Shown here: in pieces, positions 9,315 through 18,405 of the stretch
Position numbering within the stretch: the stretch's first letter is position 1
Layout: each line of letters opens with the position of its first letter
Source of the DNA: a virus
Taxonomy: Duplodnaviria > Caudoviricetes
IMG/VR virus record: IMGVR_UViG_3300033121_001564
Location: 1-64,000 of that record
Reading direction: 5' to 3' (one strand)
Length of the DNA: 64,000 nt
The notes under the pieces: generated by a model
The model's database searches: none
Seen by the model: only the letters and a program-made list of their open reading frames with translations
Told to the model about the DNA's origin: nothing
Translations under genes and position numbers: made by a program

Positions 9315-9509
9315 CTACTTCCGCCCTCTCCCTGTCCGTTTTTCTTCCGCCCCGACGGCGATCGGGGCCTTCGCCCCGATCGACATGAGGAACAACTTGT
9401 CCGCGACGATCTCGCGTGCGTCCCGTTCCTCGTTGCACTGGGCGATCACCCGTCCGGTGTCGGTCTCGGTGACGATCCAGAAACCAGGCAGCTCTTCGAC
9501 ATTCCACAT
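9315..9509 (-). CDS. Hypothetical phage protein
   Basis: GGGGAG RBS; operon packing. Confidence 0.55.
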   Translation of the reverse strand: MWNVEELPGFWIVTETDTGRVIAQCNEERDAREIVADKLFLMSIGAKAPIAVGAEEKRTGRGRK

Positions 9510-9512
9510 GGG

Positions 9513-9737
9513 CTACTCCCCCAACTTCCCCGCCAAATACCTGGCAAACTCTTTCCGGTACGTCCCCACCATCGCCTCTGCGGCCCCTGGCGTCCCCCGC
9601 GTAATCTCCTCCGCCAGGCACTCGCGGAGGAGTTGCAACGTCTCGCCCGCGCCCAGGTCGCGGAGGACGTCCCAGTCCCCCGCGTCGAGCATTGCGTCGA
9701 GGTAATCGATGGTAGCGTCCATGCCCGGGCCCTCCAT
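9513..9737 (-). CDS. Hypothetical phage protein
   Basis: TGATG coupling with the upstream gene. Confidence 0.55.
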   Translation of the reverse strand: MEGPGMDATIDYLDAMLDAGDWDVLRDLGAGETLQLLRECLAEEITRGTPGAAEAMVGTYRKEFARYLAGKLGE

Positions 9738-10018
9738 CAGAAGGGGGGCTCGCCGTAGGACTCCATCTTCACGATCGCGTCCGACAGGGGACCGTCCAGC
9801 CGGACCAGTGCAGCCCGCAGGATGTCGCGGGCCTTCTGGACCTGCTCGATGACGCCGGCGGACTGTTCGAGGATGCCGAGATTGTGCAGCCGGCCGATCA
9901 GGGCACCGATCTCGGCGTCGATGCCGATGAAATCGTACTCGCAGGCGACCAGCGTGCGGACTTCGTACTCGCTCAGGGGGGAGTAGATTCGGGGCGTGGT
10001 AACGGGTAGAATGCTCAT
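9737..10018 (-). CDS. Hypothetical phage protein
   Basis: GGAGG RBS before MSILPV. Confidence 0.6.
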   Translation of the reverse strand: MSILPVTTPRIYSPLSEYEVRTLVACEYDFIGIDAEIGALIGRLHNLGILEQSAGVIEQVQKARDILRAALVRLDGPLSDAIVKMESYGEPPF

Positions 10019-10049
10019 CGTTCGGACCTCCGTAATAGGTTCGGACCCA

Positions 10050-10088
10050 GTCCCGCTGGCGTCTAGCACACGCCAGCGGGACGTTTTC
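10050..10088. terminator. GC hairpin, possible terminator; right arm repeated at 11576-11592
   Basis: GTCCCGCTGGCGT/ACGCCAGCGGGAC stem followed by GTTTTC. Confidence 0.45.
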
Positions 10089-10150
10089 GTTGTCGCTGGA
10101 ATAATCACCGTGAGCGCCGGAATAATTCCCGAATTATTCCGGCGCTCGCA

Positions 10151-10519
10151 TCACTCTCGCTCGTCACTCGGAGCGGGCTCGTCGCGGCCGACGAGCCGGG
10201 TCACGGCCACGACGTGGCCTTTGTCGTTGCGGACGGCCGTCGTCCCGGTGTCGGGAGCGACCAGCCGACGGGCCTGGACGACACTGGCCGCGTCCAGCGC
10301 CATGCTGGACACGATCAGTTGATCGTTCGACTCCGCGCCCGGGACATTGGGCAGAATCAGCCGCCCGGCCGTCCTGCCGACGAGGGGGATTCCGTCCACC
10401 TCGCCAATGGTGTACTCCTCCGTCTCGACCCGGGCGACGAGCCCGGTCGGCGGAAAGGTCCGGTCTCCGCTGGGAGTCCGGACCACGATCGCGTGGGGGG
10501 TGAGGTTGTGGAACTTCAC
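10151..10519 (-). CDS. Conserved phage protein (NLTPH motif family)
   Basis: MKFHNLTPHAI...FPPTGLVARV...IVSSM...DTGTTAVRNDKGHVVAV; AAGGAG RBS. Confidence 0.75.
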   Translation of the reverse strand: MKFHNLTPHAIVVRTPSGDRTFPPTGLVARVETEEYTIGEVDGIPLVGRTAGRLILPNVPGAESNDQLIVSSMALDAASVVQARRLVAPDTGTTAVRNDKGHVVAVTRLVGRDEPAPSDERE

Positions 10520-10559
10520 GTTTCTCTCCTTCGGGCGAAGGTTTCGGTTTCGTAGGCAG

Positions 10560-10720
10560 GATTCGGCCAGGGGGGACTCGAACCCCCGAAAAACTGGCGG
10601 GTCATCTCCGCGTGACGGGATCCCCCGTCGGTCTGTCGGGAGGGGAGTCGAACCCCTCCGCACGCGGACCCGCCGTTCCCTCCTCGGGTCCGGCCGGCAA
10701 ATAGGGGGCGGGTGCCGCCC
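10560..10720 (-). ncRNA. Intergenic tRNA-like structure with two T-arm motifs
   Basis: GGAGGGG-TTCGACT-CCCCTCC (10659-10639) and GGGGG-TTCGAGT-CCCCC (10587-10571). Confidence 0.45.
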
Positions 10721-10728
10721 CCGAAAGA

Positions 10729-10998
10729 TCACTGGTGGTAGACGGCCTCGACTACCTCGTGGTCATCGAGGAACGCCAGGACGGCAAGGCGGTTGCCGGC
10801 AGCCACAGCATCGGCGAAACCCTTTGCCTCGCTCCTGACCTCGAATTCGACGTCCACGCAGCGGACGTCCACACCGCCCCAGACGTAGGTGAGGCGGGCA
10901 ACCTCACCGTGGACCTCGGCCCGGGCCGAGGTCGCCCACTCGATCGTGGTGCGGACCCGATCATCCGCACCCACCCGGTCTGCCTTCTTGTCAGCCAT
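10729..10998 (-). CDS. Hypothetical phage protein
   Basis: AAGGAG RBS before MADKK. Confidence 0.6.
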   Translation of the reverse strand: MADKKADRVGADDRVRTTIEWATSARAEVHGEVARLTYVWGGVDVRCVDVEFEVRSEAKGFADAVAAGNRLAVLAFLDDHEVVEAVYHQ

Positions 10999-11015
10999 TG
11001 TTGGCTCCTTTCTTC

Positions 11016-11513
11016 TCAGTCCCACTGGGAGCCGTGCAGGCCCCCGGCAAGGGTGTCGTGGTCTTCGTCGGCGTTGTTGGCGTTGCAGAACGCCGCCCAG
11101 TCAGCCGCCTTCTTCGCTGCTTCGTGCCCAGCGGCGAGCCGGGCCTTGGCCTCGTCGATGATCTTCACGAGGAGGGCGTATTCCTCCTCGGAGAACCCGC
11201 CCTTGGATGAGCGGCAGGACTCGCACTGGCCCCACCCCGTCAGGGACGGGAAAAGGCTGGTCGGGACGACCGTGACAACGTCCCGGCAGGACTGAATTCC
11301 GCCGGCACCCCGCCAGTCGGCGATGCCCACAGTTTCCGGTAGGGAAAACTTCCAGTTTCCCCGGTATTCGGTGATATCCACATCGGGCGTCACCACGCCC
11401 GGCACCGCGGGAGCCACCAGGGCCAGGTACGCCCCGGTGTACTCTCGGGACTCTCCCAGGGCCACGAAAAAGGCCCTGGTGGTCTTGCTCTCGGTGTAGG
11501 TTCGCTTGGCCAT
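11016..11513 (-). CDS. Hypothetical phage protein
   Basis: AAGGAG RBS; CxxC motif. Confidence 0.65.
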   Translation of the reverse strand: MAKRTYTESKTTRAFFVALGESREYTGAYLALVAPAVPGVVTPDVDITEYRGNWKFSLPETVGIADWRGAGGIQSCRDVVTVVPTSLFPSLTGWGQCESCRSSKGGFSEEEYALLVKIIDEAKARLAAGHEAAKKAADWAAFCNANNADEDHDTLAGGLHGSQWD

Positions 11514-11595
11514 TTTTGTTCTCCTTTTTCGTTCCCACCCTACTACGCTTCGCGTCGGGTGGGTTTGACACTGGCGCCAGCGGGACGTTTTCTTT

Positions 11596-11814
11596 TTACC
11601 GCTTGCACTCGACGTTCAGAGCACGGCACAGCGCCCGCTCGACATCGAGGGGAATCGTCTCGCCGTCGGGCAGCAACTGCCACTGGCCATGCTGCCGCCG
11701 CTGGACGCTGTAGAAACCGTCGCCTCGGTGGGCGAGGGCGACCACCTTGTAGTCGCCGGTCTGGGCCGTTCGCAGCCCGCTGGGCTTGCGGGCGATCGTG
11801 ATGGGACTGATCAT
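11596..11814 (-). CDS. Hypothetical phage protein, first gene of the leftward early operon
   Basis: Downstream of a strong leftward promoter. Confidence 0.5.
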   Translation of the reverse strand: MISPITIARKPSGLRTAQTGDYKVVALAHRGDGFYSVQRRQHGQWQLLPDGETIPLDVERALCRALNVECKR

Positions 11815-11851
11815 CTCATCCCCCTGGCTCGTTGTTTCATTCGACACCCTC

Positions 11852-11880
11852 ATACTACCCTTGTGGATTCCACATGTCAA
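11852..11880 (-). promoter_or_regulatory. Sigma70-type leftward promoter with palindromic operator
   Basis: TTGACA-17 bp-TAGTAT; palindrome TGTGGA-T-TCCACA (11862-11874) inside the spacer. Confidence 0.75.
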
Positions 11881-11972
11881 CAGAAAAAAGAAAAAAACTT
11901 CCACGCACCAGAAAGGGTACAGGGTAGAATGTGGAAGCAGAAGGCTTGAAAAACCTGCAGGAGGAAGTCAAA

Positions 11973-12185
11973 ATGTCGGACATGGCAAAGAAGAAGACGA
12001 GCGAGACTGGCGGCGACAGGCACGCGCCGCGTGGGATGGTGGCGATCCCGCGCGACGTCTACGAGGCGTTCGCGGTCCTGGCCGAGTGGCGGGACCGGAG
12101 CGTCAGCAGGGAAGTGAAGCGTCTGATGATCGAGGAGCTGAAGAAAGAGGGGTTGTGGCCCCAGTCCCCATCGTCGGAATCCTGA
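11973..12185 (+). CDS. Ribbon-helix-helix (Arc-like) transcriptional regulator
   Basis: MVAIPRDVYEAFAVLAEWRDRSVSREVKRLMIEEL; AGGAGG RBS; divergent from the promoter/operator. Confidence 0.75.
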   Translation: MSDMAKKKTSETGGDRHAPRGMVAIPRDVYEAFAVLAEWRDRSVSREVKRLMIEELKKEGLWPQSPSSES

Positions 12186-12248
12186 AACGAACACGCCCCG
12201 CTGGTCGTGCCTCCAGCGGGGCGTGCGATACGGGAGGGTTCGACCCCC

Positions 12249-12599
12249 TCACCGCCTCCGCTTCGTCGTCGCCCTCACAGGTTCCGGCGTCTCGTAGCAC
12301 TCGGCCGGGGACGCGCACATCTCGCCCTCGGCGAATCCGTCGATGCCCATCGCCTCGCACAACTCCTCGGCCTGGTCCTTGACCGTAATGGCCCGGTGGT
12401 TCAGCGCGCGGAGCCGCCCCAGCGTCCTGGACCGGGTGTACTCCTTGTCCGGGAGTCCCTCGGGAGAGTCCGTCTGTCCCCGCGTCTCCGTGAGTGCCCG
12501 CGACATCGCGGACTCCGTCCGTGCCAGTGTCGCCTCCAGCATTCCCAGCATCCCGGCCACGCTGTCGGCCCGCACCGGGCAATCCTCGACTCGCACCAT
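12249..12599 (-). CDS. Hypothetical phage protein
   Basis: GGAGG RBS before MVRVEDC. Confidence 0.55.
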   Translation of the reverse strand: MVRVEDCPVRADSVAGMLGMLEATLARTESAMSRALTETRGQTDSPEGLPDKEYTRSRTLGRLRALNHRAITVKDQAEELCEAMGIDGFAEGEMCASPAECYETPEPVRATTKRRR

Positions 12600-12600
12600 G

Positions 12601-12945
12601 CTACCCTCCTCCATACACGCGAGCGTGATAGACCTCGGCGGCAGCGATCGCCGCCAGGGCGCCCGACCGTCTGAGCCAGTAGTGGATCCCCGCCGCGTAG
12701 GTCGGCACCGGTGCCCGGGTCGAGGCGCCCCGGCGTACCGGGTAGCCGCGTTCGCGGAGCTGGAGTGCCAGGACGTCCACCGTCTCCGCGTCGCAGTCCA
12801 GCTCCTGGGCCGCATCGTCGGCGTGCAGCGGGACGATTCCCAGGATGCACAGGAGTTCCATCGCCAGGTCGAACGCGGGATGGTCCCGACGCAGGTCGTA
12901 TCGGTGGGCGGGTTCAGCAGGGGCTACGGGCTCGTCAGTCATCAT
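12601..12945 (-). CDS. Hypothetical protein, possible winged HTH
   Basis: LHADDAAQELDCDAETVDVLALQLRERGY. Confidence 0.5.
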   Translation of the reverse strand: MMTDEPVAPAEPAHRYDLRRDHPAFDLAMELLCILGIVPLHADDAAQELDCDAETVDVLALQLRERGYPVRRGASTRAPVPTYAAGIHYWLRRSGALAAIAAAEVYHARVYGGG

Positions 12946-13154
12946 GCCCGAAGCGTAGCCGAACATCGGGGAGAGGGCAAGGGGGTGAATGTCGAGGGAG
13001 GGGGCGTGGGGTGGGAGGGGGACTGACCAACCCTCGTATCACACAGGGGTTCACCATCCCGACGCGGCGTGAGGTGATTTGCTCGCGCCGTGTCGGGCGT
13101 GCGACCATGCGCCGGATAGGGTGTCGATCTCCAACACCGCACGGCGGGGGGCAC

Positions 13155-13742
13155 ATGGCAGCACAACTGTGGGTGACGGGTGCGGTGGCACTGTTCGTCA
13201 AGGCCCCGTTCGACTCGACGGCGCTGTTCCTGGGGCACGGGGAGCGGGCGCCGTCCATCGAGTTCTCGCCCGAGTGGGAGCCGGTCGTCTGCGACCTGTC
13301 CGGGCGTGTGCCTCTCGACTTCGTCTACGCGGGTGAGAAGGCCCGCCTGTCGGTCGATCTGATCCGGTTCGATATGGGCACGCTTGGTCGTCTCAAGACG
13401 CGGGCCCGATCCGTCACGTTCCCGACCGCCGTCGCTGGCTACGACCTGCCCGGCATGCGCGGGACGCTGGCCATCACCGAGGGATCCGCTTACACGGTCT
13501 GGGCTGTCCAGTCGTTCGCGAACAAGCCAGTCTTCTCTGGCATGCCCCTGACGTTCCGGTTCCCGGCGTGCCTGCTCGACCCCGACTCCTGGCAGGGCGG
13601 GTCCGTGAACGCGCTCAAGGTCCATCTGTCCTGGCAGGCCGCGGCGGTCATCGACACCACGGTTTCCAACTCCTACGGATACGCTTCGTTCAAACTCTGG
13701 GACTCGGATGTTACCGGTCTGGCGGGCGTGTCGGTAACGTGA
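13155..13742 (+). CDS. Putative major tail tube protein
   Basis: ~195 aa, beta-rich; immediately upstream of the G/GT-type chaperone pair. Confidence 0.6.
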   Translation: MAAQLWVTGAVALFVKAPFDSTALFLGHGERAPSIEFSPEWEPVVCDLSGRVPLDFVYAGEKARLSVDLIRFDMGTLGRLKTRARSVTFPTAVAGYDLPGMRGTLAITEGSAYTVWAVQSFANKPVFSGMPLTFRFPACLLDPDSWQGGSVNALKVHLSWQAAAVIDTTVSNSYGYASFKLWDSDVTGLAGVSVT

Positions 13743-13761
13743 GACGCGACCGGGAGGTTCC

Positions 13762-14139
13762 ATGCACTTCAGTGAAGAGGATCGGCGGATCTACGCCTAC
13801 CACAACGGCACGTCCGAAGTGCGGGCGGACCCTCTGGTGATCCGTCGTCGGTTGATCCAGAACGCCAACGGCAAACTCGACCAGTTGGTCCGCGAGGCGA
13901 GAGGCGAGGGCGCAAGCCTCGAGGTGATCGACGAGAGGTTGCCACGCCCCGAACTTTCCGACGCGATCCTGCTCCAGGAGGAGGCGCAGGAGCGACTCGT
14001 GGCCGTCATCCGTCGGGCGTTCGAGTTGCCCCCCCTGGATCCGGCGACCGGGCAGGGCTGCACCGAGGCGATGGTGTGGAAGGTGTGGGGCAGCTTCAAC
14101 GAGTTCCTCGAGGGGGAATCGAGGCCGGTCGGGAACTGA
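13762..14139 (+). CDS. Tail assembly chaperone (gpG-like)
   Basis: Follows the tube gene; GGGGGAA slippery site near its 3' end; overlapping -1 frame ORF. Confidence 0.65.
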   Translation: MHFSEEDRRIYAYHNGTSEVRADPLVIRRRLIQNANGKLDQLVREARGEGASLEVIDERLPRPELSDAILLQEEAQERLVAVIRRAFELPPLDPATGQGCTEAMVWKVWGSFNEFLEGESRPVGN

Positions 14140-14408
14140 TCGACTTCGCCAGCGCGGCTGGCGGGATCCCGACCGGCAGTGTCGATTACCGAACCTACGT
14201 CCGGGTGATCCTCAACGTCCAGAGGGCGAGGTTGCAGCGGGCCACGGAGTTCGCCCTGGGGCTGTGGGCGTTCTTCACCGACGAACCGATGGACGAGTCC
14301 TGGGGCGACGCGGTCGCAGCCACGCGGGAGGAGGGGGCGGAACTGGCGTACGATGCCAACGTGTTGCGGGCATCACTGAGGAACCGACGAAAGGACATGG
14401 GGGCGTGA
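14112..14408 (+). CDS. Frameshifted extension of tail chaperone (gpT-like), -1 frame
   Basis: Open -1 frame from GGGGGAA (14112-14118) to 14408, with no good independent start. Confidence 0.6.
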   Translation, partial: GGIEAGRELIDFASAAGGIPTGSVDYRTYVRVILNVQRARLQRATEFALGLWAFFTDEPMDESWGDAVAATREEGAELAYDANVLRASLRNRRKDMGA

Positions 14409-14409
14409 G

Positions 14410-14994
14410 GTGAGCGAACCCGACTACCAACTCGAGGAACGAACCCTTTCCACCACCAACGACCCCAACCTCGTCGGGATCACGGTTGGCGACATTCCCC
14501 CGTGGCCGAACTACAAGCTCACCACGACGCCGATGCCGACGTACCTGGCATTCGGCTGCATCACCAGCATCCGCGAGCCCCTGGGATATGGCTCGGCGCC
14601 GAAAGCTGGAGCGAAACTGGCGTTTCCTGCTGCCGTGTGGCGCATGCACACGGGCGAGGCCCTGAAGGTGATCCTCTGGGTCGCCATGACGGTGGACGAC
14701 AACCCGCAGTTCCCCCACTGGGACGTCGGCAACTACAACGAGATCCTCGTCTACCGTCAGCGGGACATCATCACCCCGTGTAACGCTCCCGATGGGCAGC
14801 GATGCACGGGGATGTGGGGTCAGTACGTCTATCGGTTCCGTCAGCCCCCCAGTGACGCCGATTCGCTGCTCGCCGGCAAGAGCCCGTTCGATATCGACGC
14901 GCCCCAGGTTATCATGCCCAGCCAGTTCTCGCAGTACATCTTCTCGCCCAGCCCGGCGACGACCGGGGCGCCGGGCAGTCCCCTGGGTTTCTGA
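14410..14994 (+). CDS. Putative tail protein
   Basis: Tight operon packing within the tail module. Confidence 0.55.
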   Translation: MSEPDYQLEERTLSTTNDPNLVGITVGDIPPWPNYKLTTTPMPTYLAFGCITSIREPLGYGSAPKAGAKLAFPAAVWRMHTGEALKVILWVAMTVDDNPQFPHWDVGNYNEILVYRQRDIITPCNAPDGQRCTGMWGQYVYRFRQPPSDADSLLAGKSPFDIDAPQVIMPSQFSQYIFSPSPATTGAPGSPLGF

Positions 14995-15002
14995 GGTGCG
15001 AC

Positions 15003-16286
15003 ATGGCCGACAGGAAGCCAGCGGACGACCGCCCCGACGACGCCATCGACTGGAATCAGGTGTTCCAGTTCGACGACAAGGGCAACCCCATCCCGCCAAC
15101 CCAGGCGCCGACGTCAGCCCCCACGCCGAAACCGAAGAAGCCTGTCATTACCGTCCCGAAGTGGGACGGCAAGGCCCTGGCGTCCCTGAGCAGACCTGCG
15201 GCCAGGGCATTGGCGGAGGCAAAGGCAGCCGCCGGCAAACCCACCGCGGCGCCCACGGCGAAGCCGGCCGCGACGAAACCCACACCCACGGACGGACCCC
15301 CCGAGGGATACGACGACTATCGCGCGCTGAAATTTCTGCGGGACATGGGGCGGAACCTGACGCAGTCCCAGGAGGCGTTCCTCTCCAGTTTCGAGTCCGC
15401 GAACAACCTGCGCCCCTCGTCGGGAGCCACGATTCCGGCGCCGATGGCCGCGTCCATGAAGACGCCGTTGCCGACGCCCGCGCAAACACCAGCGGCGCCC
15501 GTCGCGACCCCGACACCGTTGCCGCCTTCTCCCCCGCCACAGGCGCAGCCTCAACCGATGGCGCCCTTGCAGACACTGGCACCGCCTGCGCCCAGGCCGC
15601 AGGTCCAGACTGCCATGCCGATCTACCCGCCGGAGCCGATCCGGATGGGGAATGTGCCCACGCCAGCACAGAGTTTCATGGGACCGCCGCCACCCCTGAC
15701 GCCCCGCCCGGCGACAGGTCCTCCGACACCAGGGTCAGGGTGGAATACCCCACTGCCAGGCCCGTCGGTGTTCCGGGGATCGACCCAGGCGTCCGCACAG
15801 TCAGGAATCCCCGGGGCGATGACGACCATCTACTCGCCATTCGCTCCGGCGCCCGCCGTGCAGGCGATGCCGAAGACGCCGTTGCCCGCGCCACCGGCGA
15901 TGCCGCAAACGTCCGCGTTCCCGGCAGCGCCGGTGTCGCAACCCTACTCCGGGTTCGGGGTGCCGTTGCACGTCCGGCAGACGATCGGGCCAATGGGAGC
16001 ATCGATTCCCGGGATGGGGACTGCTGGTGGTCCGACGGCATTGGGGATCGATCCGTTTGGACCCGGCGGGCCGGCGGGACGACTGGTCGCCAAACTGCTG
16101 GACGGGATGCGTGAGCTGGGACGCAAGATGGACGAGGTTGCCCGACGACTGCCGGCGGCGAGGGGCGGCGCGTCCCCCGCGCAGCAAGGCTCCCAGGTCC
16201 CCGGACTCAGTCCGGAGGCCAGCGAGAGTTTCGGCAACTGGGCTGCCAGTTTTGGCGGCATCCTGCGACGCCGAGGGGGGGGGTGA
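15003..16286 (+). CDS. Proline-rich low-complexity protein in the tail module
   Basis: 427-aa ORF; GAGGTG RBS; extremely Pro/Ala-rich. Confidence 0.65.
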   Translation: MADRKPADDRPDDAIDWNQVFQFDDKGNPIPPTQAPTSAPTPKPKKPVITVPKWDGKALASLSRPAARALAEAKAAAGKPTAAPTAKPAATKPTPTDGPPEGYDDYRALKFLRDMGRNLTQSQEAFLSSFESANNLRPSSGATIPAPMAASMKTPLPTPAQTPAAPVATPTPLPPSPPPQAQPQPMAPLQTLAPPAPRPQVQTAMPIYPPEPIRMGNVPTPAQSFMGPPPPLTPRPATGPPTPGSGWNTPLPGPSVFRGSTQASAQSGIPGAMTTIYSPFAPAPAVQAMPKTPLPAPPAMPQTSAFPAAPVSQPYSGFGVPLHVRQTIGPMGASIPGMGTAGGPTALGIDPFGPGGPAGRLVAKLLDGMRELGRKMDEVARRLPAARGGASPAQQGSQVPGLSPEASESFGNWAASFGGILRRRGGG

Positions 16287-16289
16287 ACG

Positions 16290-17723
16290 ATGGCCGTCCT
16301 CGAATACAACGGCGTCCTCATGGAGATCATCAAGACCCACACCTACGAAGTGGCTCCAGTCACCGACCCTTCGGGGGTAGACTTCGAGGGGGTCAAGATC
16401 ACCCTCGAGGTGGATGGCTGGTGGTCCGATATGGGTCTGGGGCAGAAGCAGGGGGGCTACGGGCTGGGCACGGGCGGACTGTTCCCGCCGCCCCCTTCCG
16501 CGGCGTGGGGCGTGCGCGGGGAGGGTGTGGGCGTCAGCCTGTACAACCTCCGCGAGCACCTGATGATGCCCAGGAAGTTGCTGCGGTACTTCATCGGCAA
16601 CACGCTGGTGCTGATCTCGCCACAGATGAAGGCGAGCGGGTCCTTGATGACGATGGATATGCGCGGCGGGCCGTTCCCGCTGGGCAAACCGGTCGTGGAA
16701 ATCATCGGCGATCGCACGGCGCGCGTCCGGTTCCGCATCGAAACCTACGTCTCGGACTGCTCGCGGTACGTCCTGTCGAACCGCTGGGAGACGACCGAAT
16801 CGACGGACAATTCGGCATTCGTCACACGAGTCTACAACGGTCGAGCCTCCTTCCGCGCCGACATGATGACCGATGACGGGCTGGTCCCAGACGACTTCCG
16901 CCGGTGGCTCATCATCCCGGTCGAACCGAGGATGCAAAGACACCGCGTCCAGGTCCACATGAACCCCCAGGGTACGGAGTGCCTCTACACCGTCACCGAC
17001 ATCGAAACGAACTACGGCACCGGCAGGAACAGCCAGGTCGCGGACATCATTTGCCATGTAACCTCGGGCAGCGAGGGCGCTATCCAGGACGCCAAACAAG
17101 CCATCATGGAGGCCGGGAATCTGTTCGGAAACGCTGCTGGCATCGTCAAGGCAGCCGGGTCCGGGAACCTGGCAGCGGCCGGAAGTGGCGCGACGGGTAT
17201 GATCGGGAAGCTGTTCAACATCATGGTTCCACGGACCACGATGGCCGGCATGTGCCGGGTCGTCGGACAGTCGGGAGCCGACCGGCATTACCTGGCAAGG
17301 ATCGCGCACGCCTTCGTCGGCGATCGACTGAACAAGGCGGGGGCAAAGCCCGTCAGCATGTACCTCTCCGTGGACTGGAGCATGCACGCCCCGCCCAGCG
17401 TGGACCTCAACGTGCGTTACCTGGCGCCGCTGAACTTCAACGGCGGGTTGATTTCCAAGGATGACGTGTTCCGTCCGCTCAACTGGGGCGCGGTGATCTC
17501 GGGCGCGCCCGCCATGACGCTCGACTACGGCCCGGAGAAGGAGCGGACGCAGCTTCCTGGGGGCAACAACACCCGGGGGGCGAACGTCGGCCGGTTGGTC
17601 CACCAGGCGCTGTCCACCGTGCTGTGTGACGGGCCGGCGCTGACCCCGGAACCTGGCACCGGGACCGGCTCGGGCGAGCGAAGCCTCGACGCGAAGAACA
17701 CTGACAGTCTGACCGGGTCATGA
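16290..17723 (+). CDS. Putative tail/virion protein
   Basis: 477 aa, beta-rich, end of the tail operon. Confidence 0.6.
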   Translation: MAVLEYNGVLMEIIKTHTYEVAPVTDPSGVDFEGVKITLEVDGWWSDMGLGQKQGGYGLGTGGLFPPPPSAAWGVRGEGVGVSLYNLREHLMMPRKLLRYFIGNTLVLISPQMKASGSLMTMDMRGGPFPLGKPVVEIIGDRTARVRFRIETYVSDCSRYVLSNRWETTESTDNSAFVTRVYNGRASFRADMMTDDGLVPDDFRRWLIIPVEPRMQRHRVQVHMNPQGTECLYTVTDIETNYGTGRNSQVADIICHVTSGSEGAIQDAKQAIMEAGNLFGNAAGIVKAAGSGNLAAAGSGATGMIGKLFNIMVPRTTMAGMCRVVGQSGADRHYLARIAHAFVGDRLNKAGAKPVSMYLSVDWSMHAPPSVDLNVRYLAPLNFNGGLISKDDVFRPLNWGAVISGAPAMTLDYGPEKERTQLPGGNNTRGANVGRLVHQALSTVLCDGPALTPEPGTGTGSGERSLDAKNTDSLTGS

Positions 17724-18272
17724 CCGTTGGGACCGTCGAATGGCCAGATACAGAATGGGGCCGATCCCGGGAAGGAGCAGGATAACCGCCAACCAGACGG
17801 CCTTGTCCCCGCCCTGGGGCTCGTTGGCGAGACAGTCGATGAGCGCCACGAGCCAGAGGAGTGATGCCAGCCCGGCCGCGAACAGGTAGCAGGCTGACCC
17901 GCCCAGCGCCTCGCCCGAGAGGGGCGCCCCGCCCTCGGTGGCCCATGCCTGGATCACCACCAGCACACCCACGACCGCGGCGAGCAGGATGACGATGCCA
18001 ACCGCAAGAAGACCAAGGGTTGCGGGCGAGCCCGACCCGGCGCGAACATCGATGTCGATGTCGTCGTCGGGCGCTACGGACTGTTGCGGGGCAGAAGCGG
18101 TTGGCCCGGCGACGAAGGTGCCGATGTTGGAGGGCAGGGGGATCCCCGGGAGCGGCGTGTCCTCGGGGATCAGGATCCTCTGGCCGCAGGACTGGCACGT
18201 CGTCTTCTTGCCCGCGGCACGGGGGGACACGGAGTAGGCACGGTTGCAACTGGGGCACGCGAAACGGATCAT
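17718..18272 (-). CDS. Zinc-ribbon membrane protein with PLDc_N-like C-terminus (moron, possible superinfection exclusion)
   Basis: MIRFACPSC...CQSCG; three hydrophobic helices; WLVALIDC...KAVWLAVILLLPGIGPILYL. Confidence 0.8.
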   Translation of the reverse strand: MIRFACPSCNRAYSVSPRAAGKKTTCQSCGQRILIPEDTPLPGIPLPSNIGTFVAGPTASAPQQSVAPDDDIDIDVRAGSGSPATLGLLAVGIVILLAAVVGVLVVIQAWATEGGAPLSGEALGGSACYLFAAGLASLLWLVALIDCLANEPQGGDKAVWLAVILLLPGIGPILYLAIRRSQRS

Positions 18273-18405
18273 GCTGGGTGGCTCCTGGGGTTGACGGCTA
18301 TTCTGGCACGGGGCGGCCGTCCAGGCAAGCCTCGTAGTGTCTGCCGACATTGACCCCGCCACGCCCAGGAGTAGACTGCCCCTTCCCAGCCGGCAGGAGG
18401 CAGCC

